Source: an uncultured Dehalococcoidales bacterium (lineage in GTDB: Bacteria > Chloroflexota > Dehalococcoidia > Dehalococcoidales > UBA3254). Taken from it: a stretch of 64,000 bases of DNA. This document shows positions 9,496 to 19,019 of the stretch, in pieces. The notes beneath the pieces were generated by a model. It worked only from the letters and a program-made list of their open reading frames with translations. It did no database searches and was not told where the DNA came from. Position 1 is the stretch's first letter; the number at the start of each line of letters is the position of its first letter. The stretch lies in contig CAYLRY010000008.1 in NCBI GenBank assembly GCA_964386535.1, positions 6,579 to 70,578 on the forward strand, given 5' to 3'. The position numbers and the translations under genes are program-made.

Positions 9496-11010
9496 ATGTC
9501 CATGGCTCGTAGCATAACACGCTTTAATATTCCCGGACTGCCGCAGGTTATTCCGATATTGGCTGTTTTAATGGAAGTTTTATGGGCGTATACCTGGTTG
9601 ATCTGGATCAGCGGATGGGAAACCTGGGGCTGGAAAGAAACACCGCTGAATATTGGCATTTGTTTTATACAGGCAGCATTTACGGAAGTCCTGGCTCGTT
9701 TCTCCCTTTCCCGTCAATGGAGCATAAAACGCGCCAGATGGGTTACAATATCTGCCAGCCTTATTCTTTTAATTATTCTGGTCAGGCTGGACAACAGCGG
9801 AGGTTACGTTATCTGGGATACTGACTGGATAAGGTTTGCCGGAACCCATTTATCCACCATTATTGCGGCTCTTATATTCGGTATTTTTATTACTTGGCGT
9901 GGCTTAGCTTGCAGCCAGCCCAAGTTTGTTTTCCGCGATTTATACCGAAAATTCGTCATCGGTATCGTCGGTGTGGTATTGGTACTGATCGTCTGGGGGT
10001 TTACTGATCGAGATACCGTCTGGTCTTCCGCAGGGGTTTATATTATCACATTTTTCGGGATTGGTTTATTAACCCTGGCTATATCCAATTTGCAAGCTTT
10101 AAAAGCTGAATTATTGCAGCATAAAGAAGATATAAGTGCTTTCAACCGGCGCTGGCTTTCCATGCTGGTGGTCCTGATCCTGGCCATTTTGGGAATATCC
10201 CTGGCGTTGGGAAGCGTCTTTGCCAATAACATATGGGGGTCCCTCATAAACGGTTTAAGTCAACTGGTTGACTGGCTTTTTATTGCTCTTGGTTATATTC
10301 TTCTCCCCCTTGGCTACCTGCTGGAAGCGCTTATTTTCGTTGTAAAATGGTTGATTAGTTTAATTGGTAAAAATCCTGAGCCTTTAAAGATGAATTTATT
10401 TGATCCTTCTGATCTGCAAAAAGCCGTAGAAGGACAAGCAGGTGTAGCAATACCCGGCGCTTTGATACTGGTATTAAAATGGGGATTTTTCATCTTAGTC
10501 ATATTCCTGATAATCTTTTTTCTGTCCAGGACCCTGATGCGATATTGGGAATCCAAAAATCCTAAAGAAATAGAGGAGGTACATGAAACAGTCTGGTCAT
10601 GGGGTTCATTTAAAACAGACTTACGCCTGCTTTTTGCCTGGCTTTTCAAATGGATGAAAAGACGGAAAAAGGTAGCTGAGATTGGAGTCTATAAGCCACC
10701 CCTTCCATCCTTAGATAGCGAAGAAGGTTCTGATAAAGATTATACAATCCGTGAGTTATATCAGGCTATGCTCTGGGAAGGCCGCCAGATGGGTACCGCC
10801 AGGCGCCAATCTGAAACACCTTATGAATACCGTAAAAAACTCATTGACCGCGTTGAAAAAGCCACTGCTGAGATAAATGATCTGACTGAAGCTTATGTTA
10901 TTGAGCGCTATGGCCAGATCAATCCAGCTCCAGAGAAAGTTACATTTTTAAACCGGGTCTGGCGCAAACTCAGAGCTAAATTTTTGAACAAAGAAGAAAA
11001 CATCCCTTAA
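9496..11010 (+). CDS. Polytopic membrane protein with C-terminal DUF4129-like domain
   Basis: 504 aa with about 10 predicted hydrophobic helices. The C-terminal cytoplasmic segment (ETPYEYRKKLIDRVEKATAEINDLTEAYVIERYGQ) matches the DUF4129 pattern. Third gene of the MoxR operon. Confidence 0.65.
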   Translation: MSMARSITRFNIPGLPQVIPILAVLMEVLWAYTWLIWISGWETWGWKETPLNIGICFIQAAFTEVLARFSLSRQWSIKRARWVTISASLILLIILVRLDNSGGYVIWDTDWIRFAGTHLSTIIAALIFGIFITWRGLACSQPKFVFRDLYRKFVIGIVGVVLVLIVWGFTDRDTVWSSAGVYIITFFGIGLLTLAISNLQALKAELLQHKEDISAFNRRWLSMLVVLILAILGISLALGSVFANNIWGSLINGLSQLVDWLFIALGYILLPLGYLLEALIFVVKWLISLIGKNPEPLKMNLFDPSDLQKAVEGQAGVAIPGALILVLKWGFFILVIFLIIFFLSRTLMRYWESKNPKEIEEVHETVWSWGSFKTDLRLLFAWLFKWMKRRKKVAEIGVYKPPLPSLDSEEGSDKDYTIRELYQAMLWEGRQMGTARRQSETPYEYRKKLIDRVEKATAEINDLTEAYVIERYGQINPAPEKVTFLNRVWRKLRAKFLNKEENIP

Positions 11011-11299
11011 TATAACATTACACAATATAATCCCATGTAAAGATTATGATATGTATATTTTCCTTATTATTACAGAATGGACATCAGCTTTTTTCAGACT
11101 TACCGCATTAAATATTACAATTTTAAACAAATCATTCAATCGTTCAACTTTCAATATTTAAAGCACCTTATTCGGCAATATTTGAAAATCCCCGGCTCAG
11201 CAGGTACTATACCTATATAGTTTCTGGGAATAGCCTCTAATAAGTGATTTCATAAACAAAGTAATAGCATGATATATAGATATATAATTGAGGTGAAGA

Positions 11300-12064
11300 A
11301 TGATTGAGCTGTTTGATCTAACCGGTAAAGTTGCCCTGGTAGTGGGAGGGCACGGCGGACTAGGCAAAGCCATTGCCCTGGGTTTGGCAGAAGCTGGAGC
11401 GGATGTGTGTGTAGCCAGCCGCAATCTGAATTCTCTTGAGGATGTCGCCAGGGAGATAGAGGTTAAAGGGCGGAGATCCCTGGCGATCAAAGTAGATGTA
11501 GTTGATGAACCTCAAGTAATAAATATGGTAAATACCGTCTTGAAGGTCTTTCCCCACCTAGATATTCTGGTTAATGCAGCGGGCCTGGCTATCCGGAAAC
11601 CAGCCGAAAGCTTCCCCATTGAGGAATGGCAGCAGGTCATGGATATCAATACACGGGGTACTTTTCTTTGCTGCCAGGCTGCTGGTAGAGTAATGATTAA
11701 CCAAAAAAGTGGGAAAATAATCAATCTTTCTTCAGTGAGAGGCAGATATGGATTACCGGCTGGTTATGCGGCTTATTGTTCCTCAAAAGGAGCCGTGGAT
11801 ACTTTAACTCGCACTCTTGCCTGTGAATGGGCTAAACATAACATATCAGTCAACGCCATTGCGCCTACAGTGGTAGAAACTGAACTAACCAGGGATTTGC
11901 TGGATAATCCTGAATATGCCAAAACGATGAAATCACGAATACCTATGGGACGGTGGGCTTTACCTGATGATATTATAGGTCCCGTTATTTTCTTCGCTTC
12001 AAACGCCGCTAATTTCATAACAGGGCAGGTTCTTTATGTTGACGGTGGAGTCACGACGTGGTAG
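11300..12064 (+). CDS. SDR-family oxidoreductase (FabG/gluconate-5-dehydrogenase-like)
   Basis: 254 aa. Motifs are GGHGGLGKAIA (TGxxxGxG-type), NAAG, a YxxxK triad (YCSSK) and PMGRW. Confidence 0.9.
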   Translation: MIELFDLTGKVALVVGGHGGLGKAIALGLAEAGADVCVASRNLNSLEDVAREIEVKGRRSLAIKVDVVDEPQVINMVNTVLKVFPHLDILVNAAGLAIRKPAESFPIEEWQQVMDINTRGTFLCCQAAGRVMINQKSGKIINLSSVRGRYGLPAGYAAYCSSKGAVDTLTRTLACEWAKHNISVNAIAPTVVETELTRDLLDNPEYAKTMKSRIPMGRWALPDDIIGPVIFFASNAANFITGQVLYVDGGVTTW

Positions 12065-12222
12065 AAGAAGAATCAAAATGCAAAACTTCCTGGTAATATT
12101 AACTTGAATTTTTAATGGATTAAAATTTCGAAATAAGAAATTCGGACTTTAATAACTTTTTTCATATGGAACATGCGTGCTTGATCGACCAAACATGAAA
12201 AAAGATCTTTAAGGAGCAAGTT

Positions 12223-13029
12223 ATGGGAAAAGAAGTATTGGTAGATTTAAGTCACCCCTTCGGTAATGGATCACCATTGTGGCCTTATTTCGCAGACGTC
12301 AAGATCGAACGGATGCATTATATGGCTAAATCCGGTGTCTTGTCTCAAACCGTTACCACCGTCATGCATTGTACTACCCACGCTGATTCGCCGGCCCATG
12401 TCTTTGAAGGTGGCCGTTTTACTCATGAAATACCCCTCACCAGCTACTATGGAGATGCCGTAATCTGGGATATTCCAAAGAAAAAATGGGAACTGATCAC
12501 CGCCAAGGACCTGGATACCGCCAATCGGAATCTTCCTATGAAAGAAAATGATATCATTATTATTCACTCTGGCTGGAACAAATACTGGGGCGATAATACC
12601 CAGTATTTCTGCTATTCACCCGGTCTGGGTAAAGAGGCCGGAGAATGGTTTGTAGCGCATAAAGCCAAAGCTGTTGGGGTTGACCAGCAGGCCCTGGACC
12701 ATCCTCTACATACGGCCATCGGACCCCATGGCCCTGGCCCTCTAAGGAAAGATATATGCGAAGAATATAAGCTGGTCACTGGTCATGACGTACTTCAGGA
12801 TTTCCCGGAATGGGAGCCCTGCCATAATCTCCTGATGCGGAACGGCATCCTGGGCTGGGAAAATATTGGGGGTGATATCGCTAAGGTGGTCGGAAAGCGG
12901 TGTAAAATTTCCGGCTTCCCCATTCGCTGGTATCTGGGAGATGGGTCCATCGTCCGCATGGTAGCTTTTATCGATGAAGCTAATATTAACCAGGTGCCTG
13001 ACCGTGTTTATAAATACGGTACGTTCTAA
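12223..13029 (+). CDS. Cyclase-family metal hydrolase (kynurenine-formamidase-like, PF04199 type)
   Basis: 268 aa. The HCTTHADSPAH motif corresponds to HxGTHxDxPxH of the putative-cyclase family. AAGGAG SD. Confidence 0.8.
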   Translation: MGKEVLVDLSHPFGNGSPLWPYFADVKIERMHYMAKSGVLSQTVTTVMHCTTHADSPAHVFEGGRFTHEIPLTSYYGDAVIWDIPKKKWELITAKDLDTANRNLPMKENDIIIIHSGWNKYWGDNTQYFCYSPGLGKEAGEWFVAHKAKAVGVDQQALDHPLHTAIGPHGPGPLRKDICEEYKLVTGHDVLQDFPEWEPCHNLLMRNGILGWENIGGDIAKVVGKRCKISGFPIRWYLGDGSIVRMVAFIDEANINQVPDRVYKYGTF

Positions 13030-13040
13030 AGGAGGTTAGT

Positions 13041-13379
13041 TTGAAAAAAATCAGTTTAAATCAGGTTAAACCTTATGTCGCTTCCAGGCATTTTAATATG
13101 ACGGCTCTACGGCTGCAAGGAAGGGAAGAAACCGGAGTCCAGAAATTCTGGGTAGGCTTATCTTACTTTTTACCTGGAGGAGGCGCAGAATGGGCTTATG
13201 AGGATAATCCTAACGAAAAAGTCTATCTGGTATTAGATGGTGAATTAACCGTGAAGAATAAAATAGAAGAGATAACTTTAGGCCCAATGGATTCGCTTTA
13301 TCTGGCTCCCAATGAAGGCAGAGAGATTATCAATAAGACCAATAAACCCGTAACCATGGTGGTGATTGTCAATTACTAG
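13041..13379 (+). CDS. Cupin-domain protein
   Basis: 112 aa with a TTG start after AAGGAGG. Cupin_2-like beta-barrel pattern (GGGAEWAYEDNPNEKVYLVLDGELTV...LYLAPNEGREIIN). Confidence 0.7.
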   Translation: MKKISLNQVKPYVASRHFNMTALRLQGREETGVQKFWVGLSYFLPGGGAEWAYEDNPNEKVYLVLDGELTVKNKIEEITLGPMDSLYLAPNEGREIINKTNKPVTMVVIVNY

Positions 13380-13396
13380 GAGGTTAGAAATACACC

Positions 13397-14344
13397 ATGC
13401 GAGTAGAAGAAATCAAAACAATCGCCGTTGTGGGTGCGGGTTTTATCGGCCCTGGGATTGCTCAGATTTTTGCGCTAAAAGGATATCCGGTTTACTTAAT
13501 GGATATTAACGCCGGGGTGCTTCCCAAGGCTATATACAGCATACGTGCCAATTTGTTACGGATGGCAGAGGCGGAGCTTATTTCCTTTGACGAGATTGAA
13601 ACAATACTACAGAAAGTTCAAGTTACTACTAACATGCGTGAAGCTGTACTGTCAGCCCATTTGGTTATTGAGGCAGTCAACGAAAACCTAAGTTTAAAGC
13701 AAAAAATTTTTAAAAACATGGATGATATTTGTCCTCCAGGCACCATACTCTGTACTAATACCTCTGTTATAAGCATAACCGAAATTGCATCTCAGGCGAA
13801 TCACCGGGAAAGGATCGTAGGGACGCATTTCTGGAACCCGCCCTACTTAATCCCCCTGGTTGAAGTGGTAAAAGGACAGGAAACTTCATATGATACCTTG
13901 GATGTAACCTTTGATTTGCTCAGAAATGTCGGTAAACATCCTGTAAAGTGTTTAAAAGATGTACCCGGATTTATCGCAAACCGTCTTCAGCACGCCTTAT
14001 GGCGGGAAGCTATATCTATTGTTGAAAACGGTATCGCGGATGCCCAGACTGTAGATGAAGCTATAAAAAACAGTTTCGCCATCCGGCTGCCAGCGCTGGG
14101 ACCATTAGAGAATGCCGATATGGTTGGACTGGACCTGACCTTGTCGATCCATGATTATGTTTTTAAATATCTGGAAAACAGCCAGGAACCTTCTATTCTG
14201 TTAAAAGAAAAAATCCAGAATGGAGAGTTTGGTTTTAAATCTGGCAAGGGATTCTACAATTGGTCTCCTGAAGAAGCCCAAAAGGCTGAAGAAAAACTTA
14301 CCACATACCTGATTAAATGGACGAAAGAACAAATGGGTCACTGA
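13397..14344 (+). CDS. 3-hydroxyacyl-CoA / 3-hydroxyacid dehydrogenase family (3HCDH N+C domains)
   Basis: 315 aa. Rossmann motif AVVGAGFIGPGIAQ, then EAVNENLSLKQKIF, NTSVISITEIA, HFWNPPYLIPLVEVV and PGFIANRL. Confidence 0.85.
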   Translation: MRVEEIKTIAVVGAGFIGPGIAQIFALKGYPVYLMDINAGVLPKAIYSIRANLLRMAEAELISFDEIETILQKVQVTTNMREAVLSAHLVIEAVNENLSLKQKIFKNMDDICPPGTILCTNTSVISITEIASQANHRERIVGTHFWNPPYLIPLVEVVKGQETSYDTLDVTFDLLRNVGKHPVKCLKDVPGFIANRLQHALWREAISIVENGIADAQTVDEAIKNSFAIRLPALGPLENADMVGLDLTLSIHDYVFKYLENSQEPSILLKEKIQNGEFGFKSGKGFYNWSPEEAQKAEEKLTTYLIKWTKEQMGH

Positions 14345-14534
14345 TCTTTGATACGTTATGGACTCTGTTTTGAATATAAACGTTATTTTATCCGGGTAAA
14401 TCAAAGGTTAATAATAGTCAAAATATCAAAATTCAATTCATTTCAGAAACTTCCAGGCTTTCTAAATTATATCTATAACCAAATATAACTTTATATATTT
14501 GAAATATAATAACTATTTAATTAAGGAAAATAAT

Positions 14535-15470
14535 ATGGAGAAACTAATCATTACGGCTGCGCTGACCGGCAATATTACCCTGCCAACCCAGACCCCATAT
14601 CTGCCGCTGACTCCGGAAGAAATTGCGGAGGAAGCTGTACGCTGCGCTGAAGCTGGCGCAGCCTCAATCCATGTTCATGCCAGGAACCCGGACACCGGAC
14701 GGCCTTCAACTGATCCGGTTATTTTTAAAAAAACAGCTACTTTGATTAAAGCCAGGTCAAATGTAATTATTTGTCCCACCACTGGAGGTACGGCCGAAAT
14801 GACCGCGGCTGACCGTATCAGGGTGGTCCCCGCTCTCAAGCCTGAACTGGCCACCTGTAACATGGGCTCAATTAATTTCTCTATACACCCCATCGTGGAC
14901 CGCTACAAGGACAGCGATTATAAATATAGCTGGGAGAAAGAGTTCGCCGCCAGCACCAGGGACTTTATTTTTCGCAATACCTTTGGCGATATTGAGACCT
15001 TCTATAAGACCATGGAGGAAAATGGGACCAAGCCAGAGCATGAGTGTTATGATGTTGGACATCTGTATAACCTGGCTTTTTTCATACGCAGAGGCCTTAT
15101 CAGACCTCCGGTATGGATACAGTTTGTTACCGGGATTTTGGGCGGCATCGGTTCAGATTTTGAAAGTCTAATGTTTATGAAGCAGACTGCCGATAGGCTG
15201 CTGGGTGTGAACAATTACAAGTTTTCAGTGATAGGCGCCGGATTTCCTGCTGAATTTTATGCTGATACCCTATCAATTATGATGGGTGGACATGTGCGAG
15301 TTGGTCTGGAGGATAATATTTTTATTCGAAAAGGCGTGCTGGCCACGAGTAATGCCGAACTAGTGCAGAAAGTGGTTCGCATAGCGCGTGAATTGGGCCG
15401 CGAAATTGCCAGCCCGGATGAGGCCAGATGTATATTGGGTTTAAAAGGCAAAGATAAAGTTAATTTTTAA
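14535..15470 (+). CDS. Beta-keto acid cleavage enzyme (BKACE/DUF849, 3-keto-5-aminohexanoate cleavage family)
   Basis: MEKLIITAALTGNITLPTQTPYLPLTPEEIAEEAVRCAEAGAASIHVHARNPDTGRPS is the characteristic BKACE N-terminus. ATG 14535 is preferred to the track start at 14499. Confidence 0.85.
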   Translation: MEKLIITAALTGNITLPTQTPYLPLTPEEIAEEAVRCAEAGAASIHVHARNPDTGRPSTDPVIFKKTATLIKARSNVIICPTTGGTAEMTAADRIRVVPALKPELATCNMGSINFSIHPIVDRYKDSDYKYSWEKEFAASTRDFIFRNTFGDIETFYKTMEENGTKPEHECYDVGHLYNLAFFIRRGLIRPPVWIQFVTGILGGIGSDFESLMFMKQTADRLLGVNNYKFSVIGAGFPAEFYADTLSIMMGGHVRVGLEDNIFIRKGVLATSNAELVQKVVRIARELGREIASPDEARCILGLKGKDKVNF

Positions 15471-15769
15471 GCGGATTAATGATCATCCCGGTATCTTTGG
15501 AGGATAAAGAAAACCTTAATCCACTAATTGGAAAATCGTAAATATTTGGCGAAAACCAATTGTTTTTTCCCGCTGATCTTTCTGGTCTGTAATCCTGTTG
15601 AAAAACGGAAAATTAAAAACCACCCCTCACGGAAATTAGCTGATAAATGAATTAAAAAAGCCATGTAATGATTAAGAAATGAACGTTTTATGAGCTGTAA
15701 TTTGCACGTTGTTGCTCGTTATTTTTTTGAGGTATTATCTAGAATTCGCCCTTAACTTATGGTAAAGTA

Positions 15770-16369
15770 ATGCCAATGTTATCAGGAATTATTCCGATTA
15801 TTATTGCTTATTTGTTGGGTTCAATTCCGGTCGCTTATATTATTACCAGATTTCGTAAAGGTATAGATATCCGCGATGTTGGTGTACGCAATATGGGTGG
15901 CGCCAATGTTTTCCGGGAAGTGGGCAAGTGGGAAGGGGTGTTAACCTTAATACTTGATATAGGAAAGGGTGCCCTGGGCGTATTGATTGCGGGGTTTATG
16001 GGAGCATCTTTGCCCTGGATAATGGCAGCCGGTTTTGCGGGCATGCTTGGTCATAATTATCCGGTGTTTATAGGTTTCAGGGGAGGCAAAGGAATAGCTG
16101 TCATAACCGGCATTTTTTTTGTCATTTCGCCACCGGCAATGGCCAGCTCCGGTGCAATAATCGGCATTGCTATTATTTTCACCCACAATGTCTTTGTGGC
16201 TATTGAAATAGCCTCACCCTTTTTCCTTTTTTTTGTTTGGCTTTGGGAAGGAATAGGAACCTTGTTCTTTTTTACCGTAGCTGTAGTCGCTTTTCAGTTA
16301 TTCAGAAGCCGTGGCCGTTTAAAAGAAATTAAGACGCTTACCAGCAGGTTTACAAGAGCTGTTAAATAA
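15770..16369 (+). CDS. plsY: Glycerol-3-phosphate acyltransferase PlsY
   Basis: 199 aa. Motifs are AYLLGSIPVAYII, GVRNMGGANVFR and HNYPVFIGFRGGKGIAV. Confidence 0.9.
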   Translation: MPMLSGIIPIIIAYLLGSIPVAYIITRFRKGIDIRDVGVRNMGGANVFREVGKWEGVLTLILDIGKGALGVLIAGFMGASLPWIMAAGFAGMLGHNYPVFIGFRGGKGIAVITGIFFVISPPAMASSGAIIGIAIIFTHNVFVAIEIASPFFLFFVWLWEGIGTLFFFTVAVVAFQLFRSRGRLKEIKTLTSRFTRAVK

Positions 16370-16463
16370 TTTTCGGTTTGGGACATCAGGCAGGTGATAC
16401 CGGGGGATTCAGCCACGGCTTATATGATAAATAGCCTTTAAACAATCTCGTTGATAGTAAAAC

Positions 16464-17810
16464 ATGAACAGGAGTGAGGTATTTTTGAAATCCGGTGGTA
16501 AGCTAAAAAAGGAATTTAATCTTATCACTCTGGTAGCAGCCATGATTGGTTTGAATATCGGCGGGTCGCTATTTGTACTGACAGCCATGTCTGCCGGTCT
16601 AACTGGGCCCTCATTATTTTTCGCTCAAATAGTATCGGGATTACCTGTTTTACTGGCATTAATCCCTTACTCAATGTTGACCTCAGCCATCCCCACCAAT
16701 TGTGGCAATTACCAGTACGCCAAGCTGTTTTCACGCCCTCTGGCTGTTGCTAGCTGGTGGGGGCTTTTTGCCGCAATTCCCCTTGGTGCCTTGCCTCTGT
16801 TTGCCCTTGCCACCGCTAAACTTCTAATTGTATTGTTTCCAGGTCTTCCTTTAACCGGAACAGCCATCTTGGTGATAACTGTATTTTTTATTATCAATAT
16901 GATTGGTATAAAGACAGCCGCCTATATCCAGGCTGCTGGAGTGGCCATTTTGATTATTGCCCTGGGAGTCTTTGTGGTAAAGGGATTACCCGCGATCAAT
17001 GCACAAAATCTGACGCCTCTGTTTACCGGTGGTATAACGGGCTTTATAGGAGCAGCAGCGCTCCTTTATACGCTGCTGGCTGGCGGCTTATTTGGCATTG
17101 AAATGGGCGATGAAGTGAAAAATGCCCGCTCAACCATTCCCAAAGCTCTGATTATTAGCATTCTTGTCGTATTAATTATATATCTGCTGATTGAAATAGT
17201 ATCGGTAGCAGTTGTCAATTATAACACGCTGTCAAAAGGGGGTACCCTGGGTACAGCAGCGGAAGCCTTTTTATCAGATGATTTGTTGGCCTTTTTTGTG
17301 GTTGGAGGTGGTATCCTGGCCTCTACAACAACTATTAATCTGACGATGACCGCTTCAGGACGGTATGCTCTAGCACTGTCTGAGGACGGTCTTTTTCCCC
17401 AGTTTTTCAGCAGAATCAGCAGAAGATTTGGAACACCGCACTGGGGACTCACTCTGGCTTATGTTCTTTCAATAATATCACTGGTGGCTAACCCGTCATT
17501 GCAAACGTTGGCAGCTATGTTGAATTTTGGTTTAATCTTTATAGTTACGCTGGTTTTACTGGCAGCCTTCAGAGTGCCCAAAACACATCCTGAAATTTTC
17601 CAAAAGGCCAGATATAAGTTCAATAAGATTACCATCTCCATTGCCTCACTGACGGCTGTTGCCATAAACATGGTATTAGGGGTTATCCTGGCGGTGGCAG
17701 TGCCCAATGCTTTTCTGATTTTCATGGGCTTCGTGATTTTTGGGGTTGCCTTTTATTTTGTTAGAAAGAGAATGGGAGTGACTCCCTCACTAGTCTCTTC
17801 CAAAGAATAA
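16464..17810 (+). CDS. APC-superfamily amino acid permease
   Basis: 448 aa with ~12 TM helices and an APC-like pattern (GLNIGGSLFVL, GIEMGDEVKNARSTIPKALI). The true start may be the TTG 7 codons downstream. Confidence 0.8.
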   Translation: MNRSEVFLKSGGKLKKEFNLITLVAAMIGLNIGGSLFVLTAMSAGLTGPSLFFAQIVSGLPVLLALIPYSMLTSAIPTNCGNYQYAKLFSRPLAVASWWGLFAAIPLGALPLFALATAKLLIVLFPGLPLTGTAILVITVFFIINMIGIKTAAYIQAAGVAILIIALGVFVVKGLPAINAQNLTPLFTGGITGFIGAAALLYTLLAGGLFGIEMGDEVKNARSTIPKALIISILVVLIIYLLIEIVSVAVVNYNTLSKGGTLGTAAEAFLSDDLLAFFVVGGGILASTTTINLTMTASGRYALALSEDGLFPQFFSRISRRFGTPHWGLTLAYVLSIISLVANPSLQTLAAMLNFGLIFIVTLVLLAAFRVPKTHPEIFQKARYKFNKITISIASLTAVAINMVLGVILAVAVPNAFLIFMGFVIFGVAFYFVRKRMGVTPSLVSSKE

Positions 17811-17913
17811 TGAAATGTATTCATTTGACGGAATGTAGTAAAATTGGACTTAGGGATTCAGACCTTTCGCGCTTAAAATGGTTGGATTAGATAATATCGC
17901 TTGGATCTAAATT

Positions 17914-18192
17914 ATGATTGAAATAGCAGACGATACCAGAGATATAATAAAAAAAATCCTGTCACAAAACCCCGGTAAGTGCTTACGCATGGTAGTAAAT
18001 GGAAATGGCTGTGGAGGCCCTTATTTGGGGCTGTCTCTAGATGAGGCAGAACCTTATGAAGTAATAACCATGGTTAACGGAATAGAAATGTTAATTTCTG
18101 ATGATGTTAAGAAATACGCTGAAAGTACAACTATAAATATATTCATTAACCATATTAATCAGGCACATCCAGGTAACGTCATTAAACCTTAA
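17914..18192 (+). CDS. HesB/IscA-like domain protein lacking the C-terminal Cys pair
   Basis: 92 aa that aligns by eye to the IscA N-terminal two thirds (LRMVVNGNGCGGPYLGLSLDE ... NGIEMLISDD). No C-terminal CxC is present. Confidence 0.5.
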   Translation: MIEIADDTRDIIKKILSQNPGKCLRMVVNGNGCGGPYLGLSLDEAEPYEVITMVNGIEMLISDDVKKYAESTTINIFINHINQAHPGNVIKP

Positions 18193-18461
18193 TAAGCGTC
18201 TTCTTCCAGATTTTTTGTAATTTTAAGCGGCTCAAAAGCGGGAATTTTATCCTGTTTCCACATATCCACCATGTTTTGCGTATTTGTATCTGCATTTACG
18301 TTTGCTGGCATATGCTCAGCCATATAAGGCTTTTTTAAAGGTTTGTCCAGAGGTATATCGCGTGTATAACCGCACTGAATGCACTGTTCGTACCAGCCGA
18401 ATTCATCCTTATCCAGAACCAGTGAGCCTCCGCATTTTTTACACCCATGAATTTTCATCAT
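18189..18461 (-). CDS. Small zinc-ribbon protein
   Basis: 90 aa with CKKCG...CIQCG (two CxxC pairs). Its 3' end overlaps the convergent 17914 gene by 4 nt. Confidence 0.55.
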   Translation of the reverse strand: MMKIHGCKKCGGSLVLDKDEFGWYEQCIQCGYTRDIPLDKPLKKPYMAEHMPANVNADTNTQNMVDMWKQDKIPAFEPLKITKNLEEDAY

Positions 18462-18536
18462 TTTACCGTCCCTCCCGTCATGGTAACTTTTTCTGATCCC
18501 AGTTTTTAAATATTTTGATTGACATCTTAAGCTTAT

Positions 18537-18818
18537 TTATCTCGATGGCACTTCTGCTTTTTCTACCTGTTTAATCGATATCAAGGTCTGGTTCATGTCC
18601 CAAACCTTACTGAGAAGGCCGCGAAGCGCGGATTGGTCTGCCATTATGCCGGTTAATATCGTACAATCATCTTCGTAAGTAATCACCATTTCGTCCAACC
18701 AGCTAGACCAGCTTTTATCCAGGTATCCCTGTAATCTAATCTCATACATTACTGGCTTATCGATGTTTTTTCCTCCATTGTTCCCGGTTTTAAACATTTC
18801 CAGATCCTGGCCTTTCAT
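18537..18818 (-). CDS. Hypothetical small protein
   Basis: 93-aa ORF (YEIRLQGYLDKSWSSWLDEMVITYEDDCTILTGIMADQSALRGLLSKVWDMNQTLISI). No family could be assigned from memory. Confidence 0.5.
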   Translation of the reverse strand: MKGQDLEMFKTGNNGGKNIDKPVMYEIRLQGYLDKSWSSWLDEMVITYEDDCTILTGIMADQSALRGLLSKVWDMNQTLISIKQVEKAEVPSR

Positions 18819-18854
18819 CTCTTATGGCTATATTTTAAATTGCCCCCAGACTTC

Positions 18855-18883
18855 TTGACACCGGGCTTAAGTACAGTTATGGT
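18855..18883 (+). promoter_or_regulatory. Putative sigma-70-type promoter upstream of the LuxR gene
   Basis: TTGACA (18855-18860), a 17-nt spacer, then TATGGT (18878-18883). It overlaps the direct repeats ATGGTACA (18879-18886 and 18890-18897). Confidence 0.25.
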
Positions 18884-19019
18884 ACACTAATGGTACAGTT
18901 CCCCGGTCTATATTCTCTGTTTTGTTCTTAGCCGGATGATGTTATAATCGTTACATGACTATTGGGTGGCTAATATAGACGATTAATAGCAAAAGAATCC
19001 TTATCCGGAGATAAACCAA

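Noticed and set aside
7188-11010. MoxR-DUF58-membrane protein operon as a phage-defence system.
   Set aside because: The architecture matches the widespread housekeeping MoxR/DUF58 chaperone-type module. No nuclease, NTPase-effector or other defence hallmarks lie nearby.
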